Shown piece after piece: positions 27,240-37,715 of a stretch of DNA of 64,000 nt. Position numbers and translations under genes: made by a program. The first letter of the stretch is position 1. Every line of letters begins with the position of its first letter. This DNA comes from Schmidtea polychroa (taxonomy: Eukaryota): positions 54,932,001 through 54,996,000 of the forward strand of contig CM097885.1 of assembly GCA_044892525.1 (NCBI GenBank), read 5' to 3'. Under the pieces are notes generated by a model. That model was not told the origin of the DNA. It did no database searches and was given only the letters and a program-made list of their open reading frames with translations.

Positions 27240-30030
27240 TTACATCTCCGCGTGATTTTCATCTTCGTTCTCGATAAAACTGGTTTCAAAATCATCAAGA
27301 TAACGAGGTCTTTTCGTCCTGCCTCTACGTTCATCTCGGCGAAGTGAGTTGAGCAAAGGATTGTCTACGTCTGTTAATCCATCATCGTCGTTGTTCTCCA
27401 CTTCGTTGACAGCCGGTCGTAAGTCGGAATAGTGTCGTGGAATCCAGTTGATGTCGAAATTAGTCGATGAATTTACCTTCGTTACAATCCCTTCACCCCA
27501 TGTCGATGTGCACTTCGCATTTGGTGGTTTAACGTAAACTGCATCGCCAACTTGGAACGACGTGTCCTGTGTCTTCTCTTCTGTATAACAAGCGCCAACT
27601 CCTTTCCAGCAATATGAAAACACTGATGAAGACGGCGGCGTTCCGCACTTGTCATTGGCTGCTAGGTTATACCAATATATCATTTCCAATATTCCCTTCT
27701 TGGTTCTTGCTGCCATGCGTTTAATTGTACGATGGTTCCGTTCTATTATGCCGTTTCCTGATGGTCGATAAGCACATTGAAACACACATTTCACACCCCA
27801 TTTGCGACACAGTACTTTCATTTGTGTCGACCATAATGATGTCGCATTATCAATCAACAACTCATCAGGGGAACTTCGTTCTCTAAAGATCTGTTCAAGA
27901 TTCCGTGTAATGGTCTCCACGTCTTCACCTCTTATTTCTCTCCACAGAGCAAAACGACCCGGTCCACAATCAATCATAGTTAAATATAGCTTACTTAGGT
28001 AGTGTGTAACATCCATAGCCAGTCTCTTCCACGTCTCCTTAACGCTTAACTCTCCATGCTCCCATTTTACAGGCGCCGGATCGATAGATTGACATTCTGA
28101 ACATTCACTAATTATAGCCTTTACATCCTCAAGTATAACGTCCGGGCAAAGTTGCTTTGCAAAATACAACGTATTCTTGTCACCGAAATGGTGCTGGCTA
28201 TGACTTTCTCGTAACACTTGGTTCACAACAGCAACGGTGCTTGCAGTTGGTTCGACACACGATTTAACCCATGTCAGCCATTTATTACTGACTCTTGTGA
28301 GTGCATCTGCTCTGTTTTTATCTGTCGGGACTAACTCAACCGAGATCGTTAAGTCATAGCTTTTTCGTAATTCACAAATGATCTTCAGACGTCTTCGGAC
28401 TAGCATCTCAGCAATTCCATGAGTTCGGATTCTGGCAGTATCCGTTAAAACTGAATCTATCCAACTCCTGACGGTAGCGGAATCTGTTACTACAACTAAG
28501 TTGCTTCTTTCCCAGCTGATGGCTAAGTTAATTAGCTTTATCACAGCGTCTAACTCTGCAAGGTTTATATGAGCAAAATCGTTTTTCTTCCTCATCCATG
28601 ATGCATCTTCGACGATTTTTCCTGATATTTCTAACGCATTTCCTAATGCTAAATTGCTCGCACCAGACAATCGTAGATCCGTCCTTGTTTACGTGCCACT
28701 CACCAGTCACAGGATCGCTCTCTTTCACACAATAGATCATTTCGTTAACCATTTTTAACGCGATTTTTCCAATCGTATCATTTCGCTTACTTCCAGCACT
28801 GTGTCGTTTTATATAGCTACTTGCTACTCTTAACCATCCAGCAACGGGATAGTGCCCAACAAGTTGACCGCAGAGGAAAAATAACTCCATTCTTGACATA
28901 GTTGTAAACGCACTGTGTGGCAAAATGTTTCCACGATGCCACGTACGACCGTTAATACTTGTTTGAAGCTGGACACCTAGCACTCTTGCATCATCAAACT
29001 CTTCCGGTGGCTTTGTAATTAGCCCTTATGCTGCTAAATGGCTTATTACTTCATTGACGTTTATTCTTGACTGGTTGACAAAAATGTCATCAATATAACT
29101 ATCCGTTGCTTTCCTGATATCTTCAGTACCTTCCGTAATATTGTTGACATTATTTTCGGAGCCACATTTAAACCAAAACCGAGTCTCGTTAGAAAGTATC
29201 CGTTCCCTTTGTAACTAACCCTTTGGTGCTCCCACAGGTCTTCATCAACATGTATCTGAAGATAAGCATTTTTAAGATCAATTAACATTACCTGTTCGCC
29301 CATCATTCGCCATCGCCTTAATGATTCGCCACATACATCACTTTGTCCAGTATGGCTACTAACATATTTATTTAGTTCTCGAAAATCCATTACTGGACGA
29401 ACTTTTCCTTTGTTTGCTTGCTCTACTGCCAATAACGGAATTTTTCCATACACAACGTCTTTCGTTGGAATTAGCCATCCTTCTTGAATCCACCGTTCAA
29501 CCTCCGTGTCAAACTTGTGTTGCAGCCCTGGATCGATTTTATAATTTGAAATTTTATTCAATAGTACAGCTGGTTCTGCTTTCCATTTCCACTTCACCGT
29601 CCACTTGCCGTCACTGAATGCTGCCGAAAAATCACCATCTTCAATTTGCAATACCTGGAAAAGATACACCCGTCTTGTCAATTTTAAGACCTCCCAGCAT
29701 CATTTTTACGTCCATTCCTAAAATCATTTCAACATTAAGTGGTTGTTTCATCAACGAAACACAATTAACACTCAATAAACTACCACCAACGATCAGCTGA
29801 ACTTTCACATCACGCATACACTTGACTAGTGATCCATCCGCAGTCATGATACTCCCAATCCGTATAAATCTTTTCTTCGCAATTCTGGCTGACACAACTG
29901 ATTTGGAACATCCCGAGTCGATCAATGCTTTCATGGACTCCCCATTGATTATGACTGAAATAAACAGCAGCGTCATTATATTCGTGCTAGAGTAGACGCT
30001 GGCACACGCGCTACTCCTTTGGCATTTCCC
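27240..30030 (-). pseudogene. pol: Pol (PR-RT-RH-IN) of the mini-LTR gypsy, broken by frameshifts and a stop
   Basis: ORF pieces at 29641-30114 (PR), 29061-29681 (RT), 28528-28983 and 27240-28670 (RH-IN). The integrase stop codon lies inside the 3' LTR. Confidence 0.88.
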
Positions 30031-30617
30031 GACTCTGAATTCCTGGTACACTCCTTTGCAATGTGGCCCTCTTCTGCACATAGCCAACACTTCTTTCCTT
30101 GTTTCTTGAAACAACGTTCTTCTAGATTGCCATTCTTTCCGCTATACGAGCATTTCTTTTTCTTGTCTTGTTTTCCCACGACAGCCGAACACAGTTTCAT
30201 ATGGTCACAGTTTACTAAGACATGAGACTGTTTCAAGACCTCAACAAGAGACATCTGCTGAATATTGGCATTGGATCGTAACTGTTGTGACGACACTGCT
30301 GGCAAATCCATTATGAATGCGCTTTTAATTATGATTTCGTTATCTATCTTGGCCAGAGATGCTAAGTTTTTGAGATCATTCAAATAGACATCTACTGGCT
30401 CATTGCACCACCTTCGTTCACGGAATCGGTCATAAGCTTGGAACATATCGATCGAATAGACATCGATTAAGGCATGTTCGATCTTCAATGCGTTGCCTTT
30501 GTCTTCCGTGCTCAAATGCTGATACACTGCAAAAGCTGGTCCATCTAGATATAAAGGAATTATTGATTCCAACTCAACGATTCTTTGAATTTTTGCCACA
30601 AACGTCACATTCTCCAT
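29976..30617 (-). CDS. gag: Gag of the mini-LTR gypsy (likely start MENVTF at 30617)
   Basis: Open frame with C-terminal CWLCAEEGHIAKEC zinc knuckle; the ATG is about 25 bp inside the 5' LTR boundary. Confidence 0.8.
   Translation of the reverse strand: MENVTFVAKIQRIVELESIIPLYLDGPAFAVYQHLSTEDKGNALKIEHALIDVYSIDMFQAYDRFRERRWCNEPVDVYLNDLKNLASLAKIDNEIIIKSAFIMDLPAVSSQQLRSNANIQQMSLVEVLKQSHVLVNCDHMKLCSAVVGKQDKKKKCSYSGKNGNLEERCFKKQGKKCWLCAEEGHIAKECTRNSESGNAKGVARVPASTLARI
29984..30030 (-). promoter_or_regulatory. Predicted -1 programmed ribosomal frameshift signal (slippery heptamer plus H-type pseudoknot) at the gag-pol junction
   Basis: G GGA AAU in the gag frame (30024-30030), a 7-nt spacer, stem GAGUAG-CGC / GCG-u-CUACUC, and loop GUGC able to pair with downstream GCAC. 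A -1 slip enters the protease frame (GKCQRSS...). Confidence 0.7.
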
Positions 30618-30953
30618 TGAAAATGATATAGCCGCGATAGCTTGAAGTTTTATTGACACAAGGAAATCACAACGTTTTTTAAATTCTATTTTTATCACAA
30701 AATCTACATATTAAAACAAATTTAATTATGCAATTACACGGAGAAAAGCCAATAATGATTAATTTCCACTAATTTTAAACTAAAATAAAAATATTTTCAT
30801 GACAGCTTGCCAAAGAAAAAGTCGAGAGAACTGTTGGTGTGTAAAGATTTCCGAATGCTAGTTAAACAATAAAATGAATGGTAAGGGTCAACAAAATTTG
30901 TCAAAAGAAGACATCAAAATAACCAAATAGACAAGATTAGCGAGACTATAACA

Positions 30954-32595
30954 GGGTACTAGGAAAAAATATCAAAATGTTACTGGACCAAATGTCACAG
31001 ATAAAATGTCATGGTTAAAATGTCGTGAACAAAATGTAACATAACATTATTATACTTGATTGTTTTAAACAAAAATATTTTTCTTAAACCGTACGTTAAT
31101 TATCTTTAATCAAAAATATTACAACGTTACACGTCGTTTATATTGTTGAGGTTCAACAAGAGAGGCACAAAAATGAGTTGAAAAATTGACAAAAACACCA
31201 AATTCACAAATAAAATTTAAAGTACAAAATATTAATTAAAAATCAAAAATTTAAAAAAAATTAATATTTTCTGGGGGAAACTGGTATGGGCGGATGCTAA
31301 ATAATGAGACGAGTTCAGCTATAATAAAATAAAATCAATGGGGGGTCCCTAAAAGGAATAAATTACAAAAAAACAAAAATTAATTAAAAAATTAATTAAC
31401 TAATGGAAAACCCGAGCTAATGGAAACCCCGAGCTAATGGAGAACCCGAGCTAATGGGAAACCCGATACAATGGAAAACCCGAGCGAATTGATAAATCCA
31501 ATTTTGGGAAGGCAATTAATTTAGCCGGATAAAAAGTAATAAGCGCCGTCAAAGAAAATGAGCCAATTCCCTTCAATTGAATTAGACCTCCAAGAGGAAA
31601 CCCGGGGGGGAAATAAGACCAAAATAATTGGCAAAAATAAAGTCAATTACCAAACGAGTATAAAAGCAACTGGCAAGAAAACAAAATGCCAGTTGGTCGA
31701 AGAAAAGAAAATAGAAGTTTGACGAGAGCGAAAAAGGAAATATTAAAGTTAGTAGAAATTAAACCATTTAAAAATCGAACGTACCAGAAAGGGACATCTC
31801 CCATTGGAAGATCTACCCCTGCGTGAGATTTGTTGGCAAATTGAAAAGTGCAGACAAAACCTGATTGTATCAAGTGTGAGTAAACTAATACAAGTGTAAA
31901 AGTGTAACTGCATCAGTGTCAATAAAGATTTTGTGTTGGGTTATTTATTTATTTGGAAAAGAACACAAAGGAGTCAGACCGTAGTACCGACTTACATTAA
32001 AAACCCAACAATATTAAGTACATCGCAATATCATGCAGATATGTAACTCGATCTTGATTGACGTAGTCCGAGAACATAATGTGTACATTTTCTTCTTCTT
32101 TTCTGCTGGAACATCTAATTTCAATTGCTGACTAAGGAGTTAGGTGCTATGTGGTTCTTGTTGAAGTTTGCTAGCCAGTTTTGTGGTTGTTGGGTGAACA
32201 AAAGCCAAAAACATTGTTGAAAGTTTTGTGCTACCATTCTACATTGCTGTTGCTGCGTAGCAAGTTGTGGTTGACTCTTTCGGCTGAATAATGCAGTAAT
32301 CATTTCTTCTTGTCCTGCATGTTTGTTGGGTTCTTCATCTACGCTCTAACTAATTTGCTCATGAATCGAAAGAAAACTTTTTCTTCACTTCCTCTGTGCT
32401 CTATAGTTAATTTGTCTATAGCTGGAAGAAAAATAATAAATAAATATTTCTAAACAGGATGAAATTATCAGCTCATTTTATCCACAACATTTATACCACG
32501 ACATTCTGTCCAGTAACATTTTGTCCACATAACATTTTCTCCGCAATGTTTTGTCCGCGATATTTTTTGTCCTATGACATTTTGTCCGGCCACCC
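30954..32595 (-). mobile_element. Mutator/MULE deletion derivative with repeat-rich termini
   Basis: Inverted termini are built of GGACAAAATGTC-like subrepeats (30954-31040, 32480-32595). CTATAAC at both junctions is a degenerate TSD. A minus-strand remnant RSNSNVEW*HKTFNN (about 32210-32260) resembles the MULE transposase RTNN.VEGWH motif. Confidence 0.65.
31144..32010 (+). mobile_element. Solo LTR (867 bp) inserted into the MULE derivative
   Basis: TGTTG...CAACA ends, 4-bp TSD ATAT, TATAAAAG and AATAAA motifs, five 19-bp tandem units GAAAACCCGAGCTAATG(G) at about 31400-31490; no internal retroelement sequence adjoining. Confidence 0.85.
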
Positions 32596-33495
32596 TATAA
32601 CGTCAAATGATGAAATCACAAAAGGTATGAACAACAGTAAATGAATGTTACTTTAATGACTGAAAAGTTAGATTATGTTGATATGTAATTTATTGATTGC
32701 TGCTTCGGCTTGCCCCTTAATTATATAGCTAAAAAGTTATTATATTACTATAACAACAAAATTACATTAATTATTACTCTCAAAAAAATGTATCCATCTT
32801 AGTAAAGAGTTAATTATTTTACAAGACTTTTCTTTTGGATCAAATTCTTGAGCTATTTATTTTTTGCCAGTCTATNNNNNNNNNNNNNNNNNNNNNNNNN
32901 NNNNNNNNNNNNNNNNNNNNNNNNNNNNNNNNNNNNNNNNNNNNNNNNNNNNNNNNNNNNNNNNNNNNNNNNNNNNNNNNNNNNNNNNNNNNNNNNNNNN
33001 NNNNNNNNNNNNNNNNNNNNNNNNNNNNNNNNNNNNNNNNNNNNNNNGGATATCTCTGGGGTTTTACTGATCTGTCGAACTCTATCAGCAATAAACAATT
33101 TGTTATTGTCGAAACCCGCGAATTGAAGAAAAATGTTTTCGGGTTGTGCTTTCAAAATTTCAAACTATTTTTCAAATCTCTTAAATCCTTAACAAATTGG
33201 AAGTTCCTGGGAAATTTCTGGCTGACACTTATACGTGTTTTTCTTACATATATCTAGCGTTTACAAAACAAAGTCAAACATTAATTATTTGTTAATTTAC
33301 GATTTATACATTCATTTGTAAAAATTTCAAACAAAAGTAAATTAAAATAAAAAATGCATCAATTTTAATGATTACAATCCTATTTTTATATTGTCTTGAT
33401 GTCTATGTTTAATTTACTCCAGTCGATGGAGGGAAACTTCTTACACAACAATTAGAAGTTACTTTGAGATACAGAAGTTATTTTTATATATTTAA

Positions 33496-33553
33496 CCCTT
33501 TTGTGGACAATGACATGTAAACCCACTACAAAGTGCCATTATTCACGAAAGGG
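33496..33553. mobile_element. 58-bp piggyBac-like mini element
   Basis: TTAA-CCCTTTTGTGGAC ... ATTCACGAAAGGG-TTAA; imperfect 13-bp TIR. Confidence 0.55.
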
Positions 33554-33723
33554 TTAATTGCTATAAATAATTCATTTCTTTCAGTCTTTTTATTTTCAGA
33601 ATGTCTTAATCTTCAAAAATATTGAAAATATGAAACAGCATTCTTAAAAGTTCATCATCGAAAAGGTTAAATAACTTTTTAAAATTTAAAATATTAGATT
33701 TCTTTAAATAAATAACGCTTGCT

Positions 33724-34272
33724 CTAAATTTTTATTTTAAAAATTCTTTTAAAAGCAAGTATTTTTTTATCTATTTTATTATTAATCAGTTTGATAGAAT
33801 TGTCTAAATTCTTTCTGTTTGAAATTTTGTTTATGCCGCTAAATTGTAAATGACTTAAATAATACATGACCAACTGAAAGTTGTCCAATCTTTCAGTACA
33901 CCTTTGCAATTGAAGTAATGCGAAATATGAATTATCTGAATATTTTCCAAGTCTCTTGAGAAATTTTTTGAAAAATGCCGGACAAACAAATGTTAAAAAT
34001 ATCATTTGCTTCTGTAATATGTTATCACTACAAATAGCATCAAAATCCATTAAATTGGTAAAAGAAATGTTGAGAGTAGACGGAAATGCATAGAACGAAT
34101 AAAGAATATTGCTTAATTCATCTTCCATTTCGAGGATCCGAATTGATAAATCTTCCGCTTGAACAAGTTTGATCTTTAACGCGCTGCTGGAAACAAAAGA
34201 TTGTGCGCCAGACTTGACTGTTGAAGGTCTGATTCTTGAATTAGTTCTCAATATTTTCTCGTATTTGTTCAT
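33724..34272 (-). CDS. Unassigned 182-aa ORF (possible exon of an unknown gene)
   Basis: ATG-initiated 549-nt open frame in very AT-rich DNA with protein-like composition; no recognisable motif; Lys/Ile-rich tail may be intronic read-through. Confidence 0.35.
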   Translation of the reverse strand: MNKYEKILRTNSRIRPSTVKSGAQSFVSSSALKIKLVQAEDLSIRILEMEDELSNILYSFYAFPSTLNISFTNLMDFDAICSDNILQKQMIFLTFVCPAFFKKFLKRLGKYSDNSYFALLQLQRCTERLDNFQLVMYYLSHLQFSGINKISNRKNLDNSIKLINNKIDKKILAFKRIFKIKI

Positions 34273-34899
34273 TTATTATTTTATTATTATTTATTATAAT
34301 TTATAATTATAATTATTATAATTGTTTATTATTTATTAACTAATCAATGAGGAATTATTGATTTAACAGAAAATGATGACTTCTACCAAGTTGATAAATA
34401 AGTAAAAATAACCGAGGTATTTTCAAAACAAATTTTTCTATAAACCTTTATTAGTTACCAACAATTAATTACAATACATTTTGGTTCTTATTGTATATAA
34501 GGTGAAAATAATTTACAGATTTCAAGTAAGACACTCTGCAAAACTCCGGGACTTTTAGTTTATGCTTCGTATATAATACGTTATCAGAGAAGCAAGTAGC
34601 ATATATAATTTAGGGCTATCCAAGTATGAGGACTCTCCCGAGACAAGTTACTTATCAATTTTTACAGTTTATTAAATCTACTGGACTGATTAGTATTGTA
34701 CCTCATTGTCGTCTGCTTAGAAACAAAACTAATGATTTATTAATTAACCCTCCCTCCCTAGTTCGGTTTTGCTATGCGGTGCTTCTAGACAGTTTTTCAA
34801 AATCTTTTATACTACAACTTCAATGTAAACGTTACCGGATTTGTAAGATTTGCAGTTAGAGTACTTTTAGATTTTGCATATTTTATTTACGATTGCGTA

Positions 34900-37640
34900 T
34901 GGTGGGTTATAAGTGAACAAGTTACGTTCCTTTCCACAGCATAAACCAAAAAAACATTTGTTTTCTATCTCTCTATACCTGTTGATTATTCAACGTTGGA
35001 ATTGCATTAAATGGGTAAGTACTAGCAAAAAGTGAGCGCATCTCCGTGCACTATGATTGTTATGCCCTCGTATGGGTTCACAGACAAGCGAAATAGGAAT
35101 AGTAGTTTTATTTAACTCTCATGAAAATTTACATGATTTGAATCTTTCTGATAACTTGCGCGTGTGCCCCGCGATACAGGCACACCTTCCGGACTTGTTA
35201 CTCTTGCCAGCCCATCTCGGTACGTAATTGGGCGTCGCTGCAATAGTTTGATTAGTCCGCTCTTAAACTAAATTTGATTTTTTTAATAAAAAGTTCATTC
35301 AAATTCGACTCGACATATGACCTGCGTGGAAAAAGTCGATGTCTAGTCAGACTCGACATAGAATTGCAAAGGGTTAAGAAAACATATTGGTACTTGAAGA
35401 AATGATGATGCCAATGTGAGGATAAAATACTGTTCACTTATTTCACCTGAGAAATACCCATGTTATAATACATTTGGTTGTATTAAAGGTTTTGTATAAA
35501 AACGTTAATGCAGAAAATATTGCAAATGTCGAAAATGATGACGAGAATGGGCTTTTCTGTAGAGACGAATGAGATGAGAAAAAAAATGGTGATAATTTAG
35601 TAATGATAGAAGTTTTTTCGGGTTAAATCATATACTTTGTAATTTACAAAACGTACCATAATTCTGAAAAACCTGATTGTCACAAATTGACTTTAATTAT
35701 GTCCATTTGTTTTTTTAATAAAGACAACATGCATTCACACTTATAATATGTTCAAAATTTATTTCAGCTGCACTTTTTTCTGAAAAAAAGTTATCAGGTT
35801 CATCAGGGCCGCCGCGTACGATTGTTCATATTGTGCCCCGCACAAGGGCGCCGAGTGAAAAAGGCGCCGGCAGGCACCTCTAAAAAAAATTAAATGATAA
35901 AAAAGAAAAAGTGACAAATATGGATTTATTAGAGAGATACTGGAAACGCGGGCGCAACGTATACCTTATTCTACCACGCTATGAAAGCGCGCTAGTGATC
36001 AAAAAACTACCATATGAATCTTCATGTATACAAATTTTACTTGCTAATGATTTCCATTTATGAATTCCTTTGAACCATGTGGTGGGTTGCAGGTAATCAT
36101 ACATTTTACCCTTTCGTGCTGTTTCCAGCGTAACCCAGAATACAAACGATTGCTTTCTCCGCTTGATACCCATTGAGCGATCAACGTTGGTACTGTATCA
36201 AGAGGGTGAGTGTTCGCAAAAAGTGAGCGCACTATTTGCACTATAATTGTCGGGCACTCTTTGGGTTCACGGACTATCGATAGAAGATATACGTCCGATT
36301 TGCTCTGGTTCATTGATTCGATTGTTTTCCCAAATAACCCTTTCGTTACCTCATCAATCAGACATCAAACATACTCGAAATTACACAATTTCATCAAATA
36401 TTTTATTTTCGTACACACGTTTACAAGTTGTTTTGCACATCTTTAAGTTTCTCAAATTTGCTCCAACTTATGACATTTACTGAAGCTCCTGTGTATCAAG
36501 CAAGCATTCCATATTCTGGTCTTGTATTTTAATAGTTACATTTGGTCGGCCTTGCATTTTATCATAACTAATAATATCATTTTTCCATTCATCTAATGTG
36601 AGTATTTTTATTTTGTCTCTTTCTATTTCTGCAAAATCCTTTTTTATGAATCTGTTTACTTTCCTTATTACATTATTTTCTTCTTCCATTACCTCTGTAT
36701 CTTTCACATCTTTTTCTATAATACATGATATTTTACTTTAATTATAATAATCATTAATTTGGGAGTCAGCATCGCTGTTTAATACACTGCCCCGACTATC
36801 TCCTCTTCTATCGGGGCGTTGATATTTGGGTATTCTATGAATTTATCTTCTATTCTTTCATCACTTGGTTCGTCTATGAATGCTACGTGTCTCTCGTCTG
36901 CTTGTCTTGTATTCTTTTTAGTTCCTTGATAATCATGCCCTGCTTCGTATCACTCTTGTTGTCTTCAATGTAACAATCTGCCACTTTATGAACTCCCAAG
37001 CTACACCTCGTACACATTATTTTTTGACAATCTCTTCTCACGTGTCCCAGGGTACCACACGCATAACATTCGACTACCTTTTTCTGCATCTATGGACACT
37101 GATGTCTTACATGTCCTTGTCTTCCACATGTAAAACATGTAACTGCCTTCTTTATTATGCAATTTCTACTCAAATGTCCTACCTTGTGACATGTCCGACA
37201 TTCGTTCTTAGTTCTGTTCGGTCTTTCTTCACGATACTCTCTCGGCTCGCTATTATATCTTGGTGATACAATATTTTTTGCTTGATTTGTTACTACGTCT
37301 CTGTAACTTCTTGTTATACTCTGTTCTGGTCTTCTTTCTCTCACTGCATAGATCTCTTCTGCAACTATACCAGATTCGTGTAACTTCTTGATTTTTTTCT
37401 TCACTTTTGTTGTTCCTTTGGTGTCACTTAAACACAATTCTCATTTTAAAGTTTTCTCGGCTGCACAGTGTACCAGCAGATATTCTGTTAAACTTTCCTT
37501 GTTTAACTCATGCCCAAATATTTTATCGACTAACTCGACTATGATAGTAAAATATTTATCGGGCTGCTTTATCGTCTGTCTATAAGACATATTAATAATA
37601 TTATAATATTAACAATGTACTTATTGTATTTCCATGACTA
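34900..37640 (-). mobile_element. Degenerate Ty3/gypsy remnant: gag with four CCHC knuckles, truncated protease, integrase fragments; RT/RNase H missing
   Basis: Knuckles CRTCHKVGHLSRNC, CFTCGRQGHVRHQC, CYACGTLGHVRRDC and CTRCSLGVHKVADC. Protease ECLLDT (about 36490-36510) is joined to integrase-like text. An integrase-like segment is repeated at about 35025-35100 and 36217-36290. Boundaries are approximate. Confidence 0.7.
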
Positions 37641-37715
37641 ATAAGACAAGGCAGATCAAACAGTCTGATTCAGGCTGATCAATCAACTAAAGTTCTTTTA
37701 ACATCTTATGAACAT

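Larger units (their letters stand above)
27149..30738 (-). mobile_element. Full-length, defective Ty3/gypsy LTR retrotransposon (3590 bp) with 96-bp LTRs and a 5-bp TSD
   Basis: LTRs at 27149-27244 and 30643-30738 (TG...CA, 2 mismatches), TSD CGGAG on both sides. Domain order is gag (CCHC knuckle) - protease (LIDSGC) - RT (YIDD at about 29085) - RNase H - integrase (HHCC, DDE), which is the gypsy order. Confidence 0.95.

Noticed and set aside
31395-31490. 19-bp tandem repeats considered as a CRISPR-like array
   Set aside because: No unique spacers, eukaryotic context, and located inside a solo LTR.
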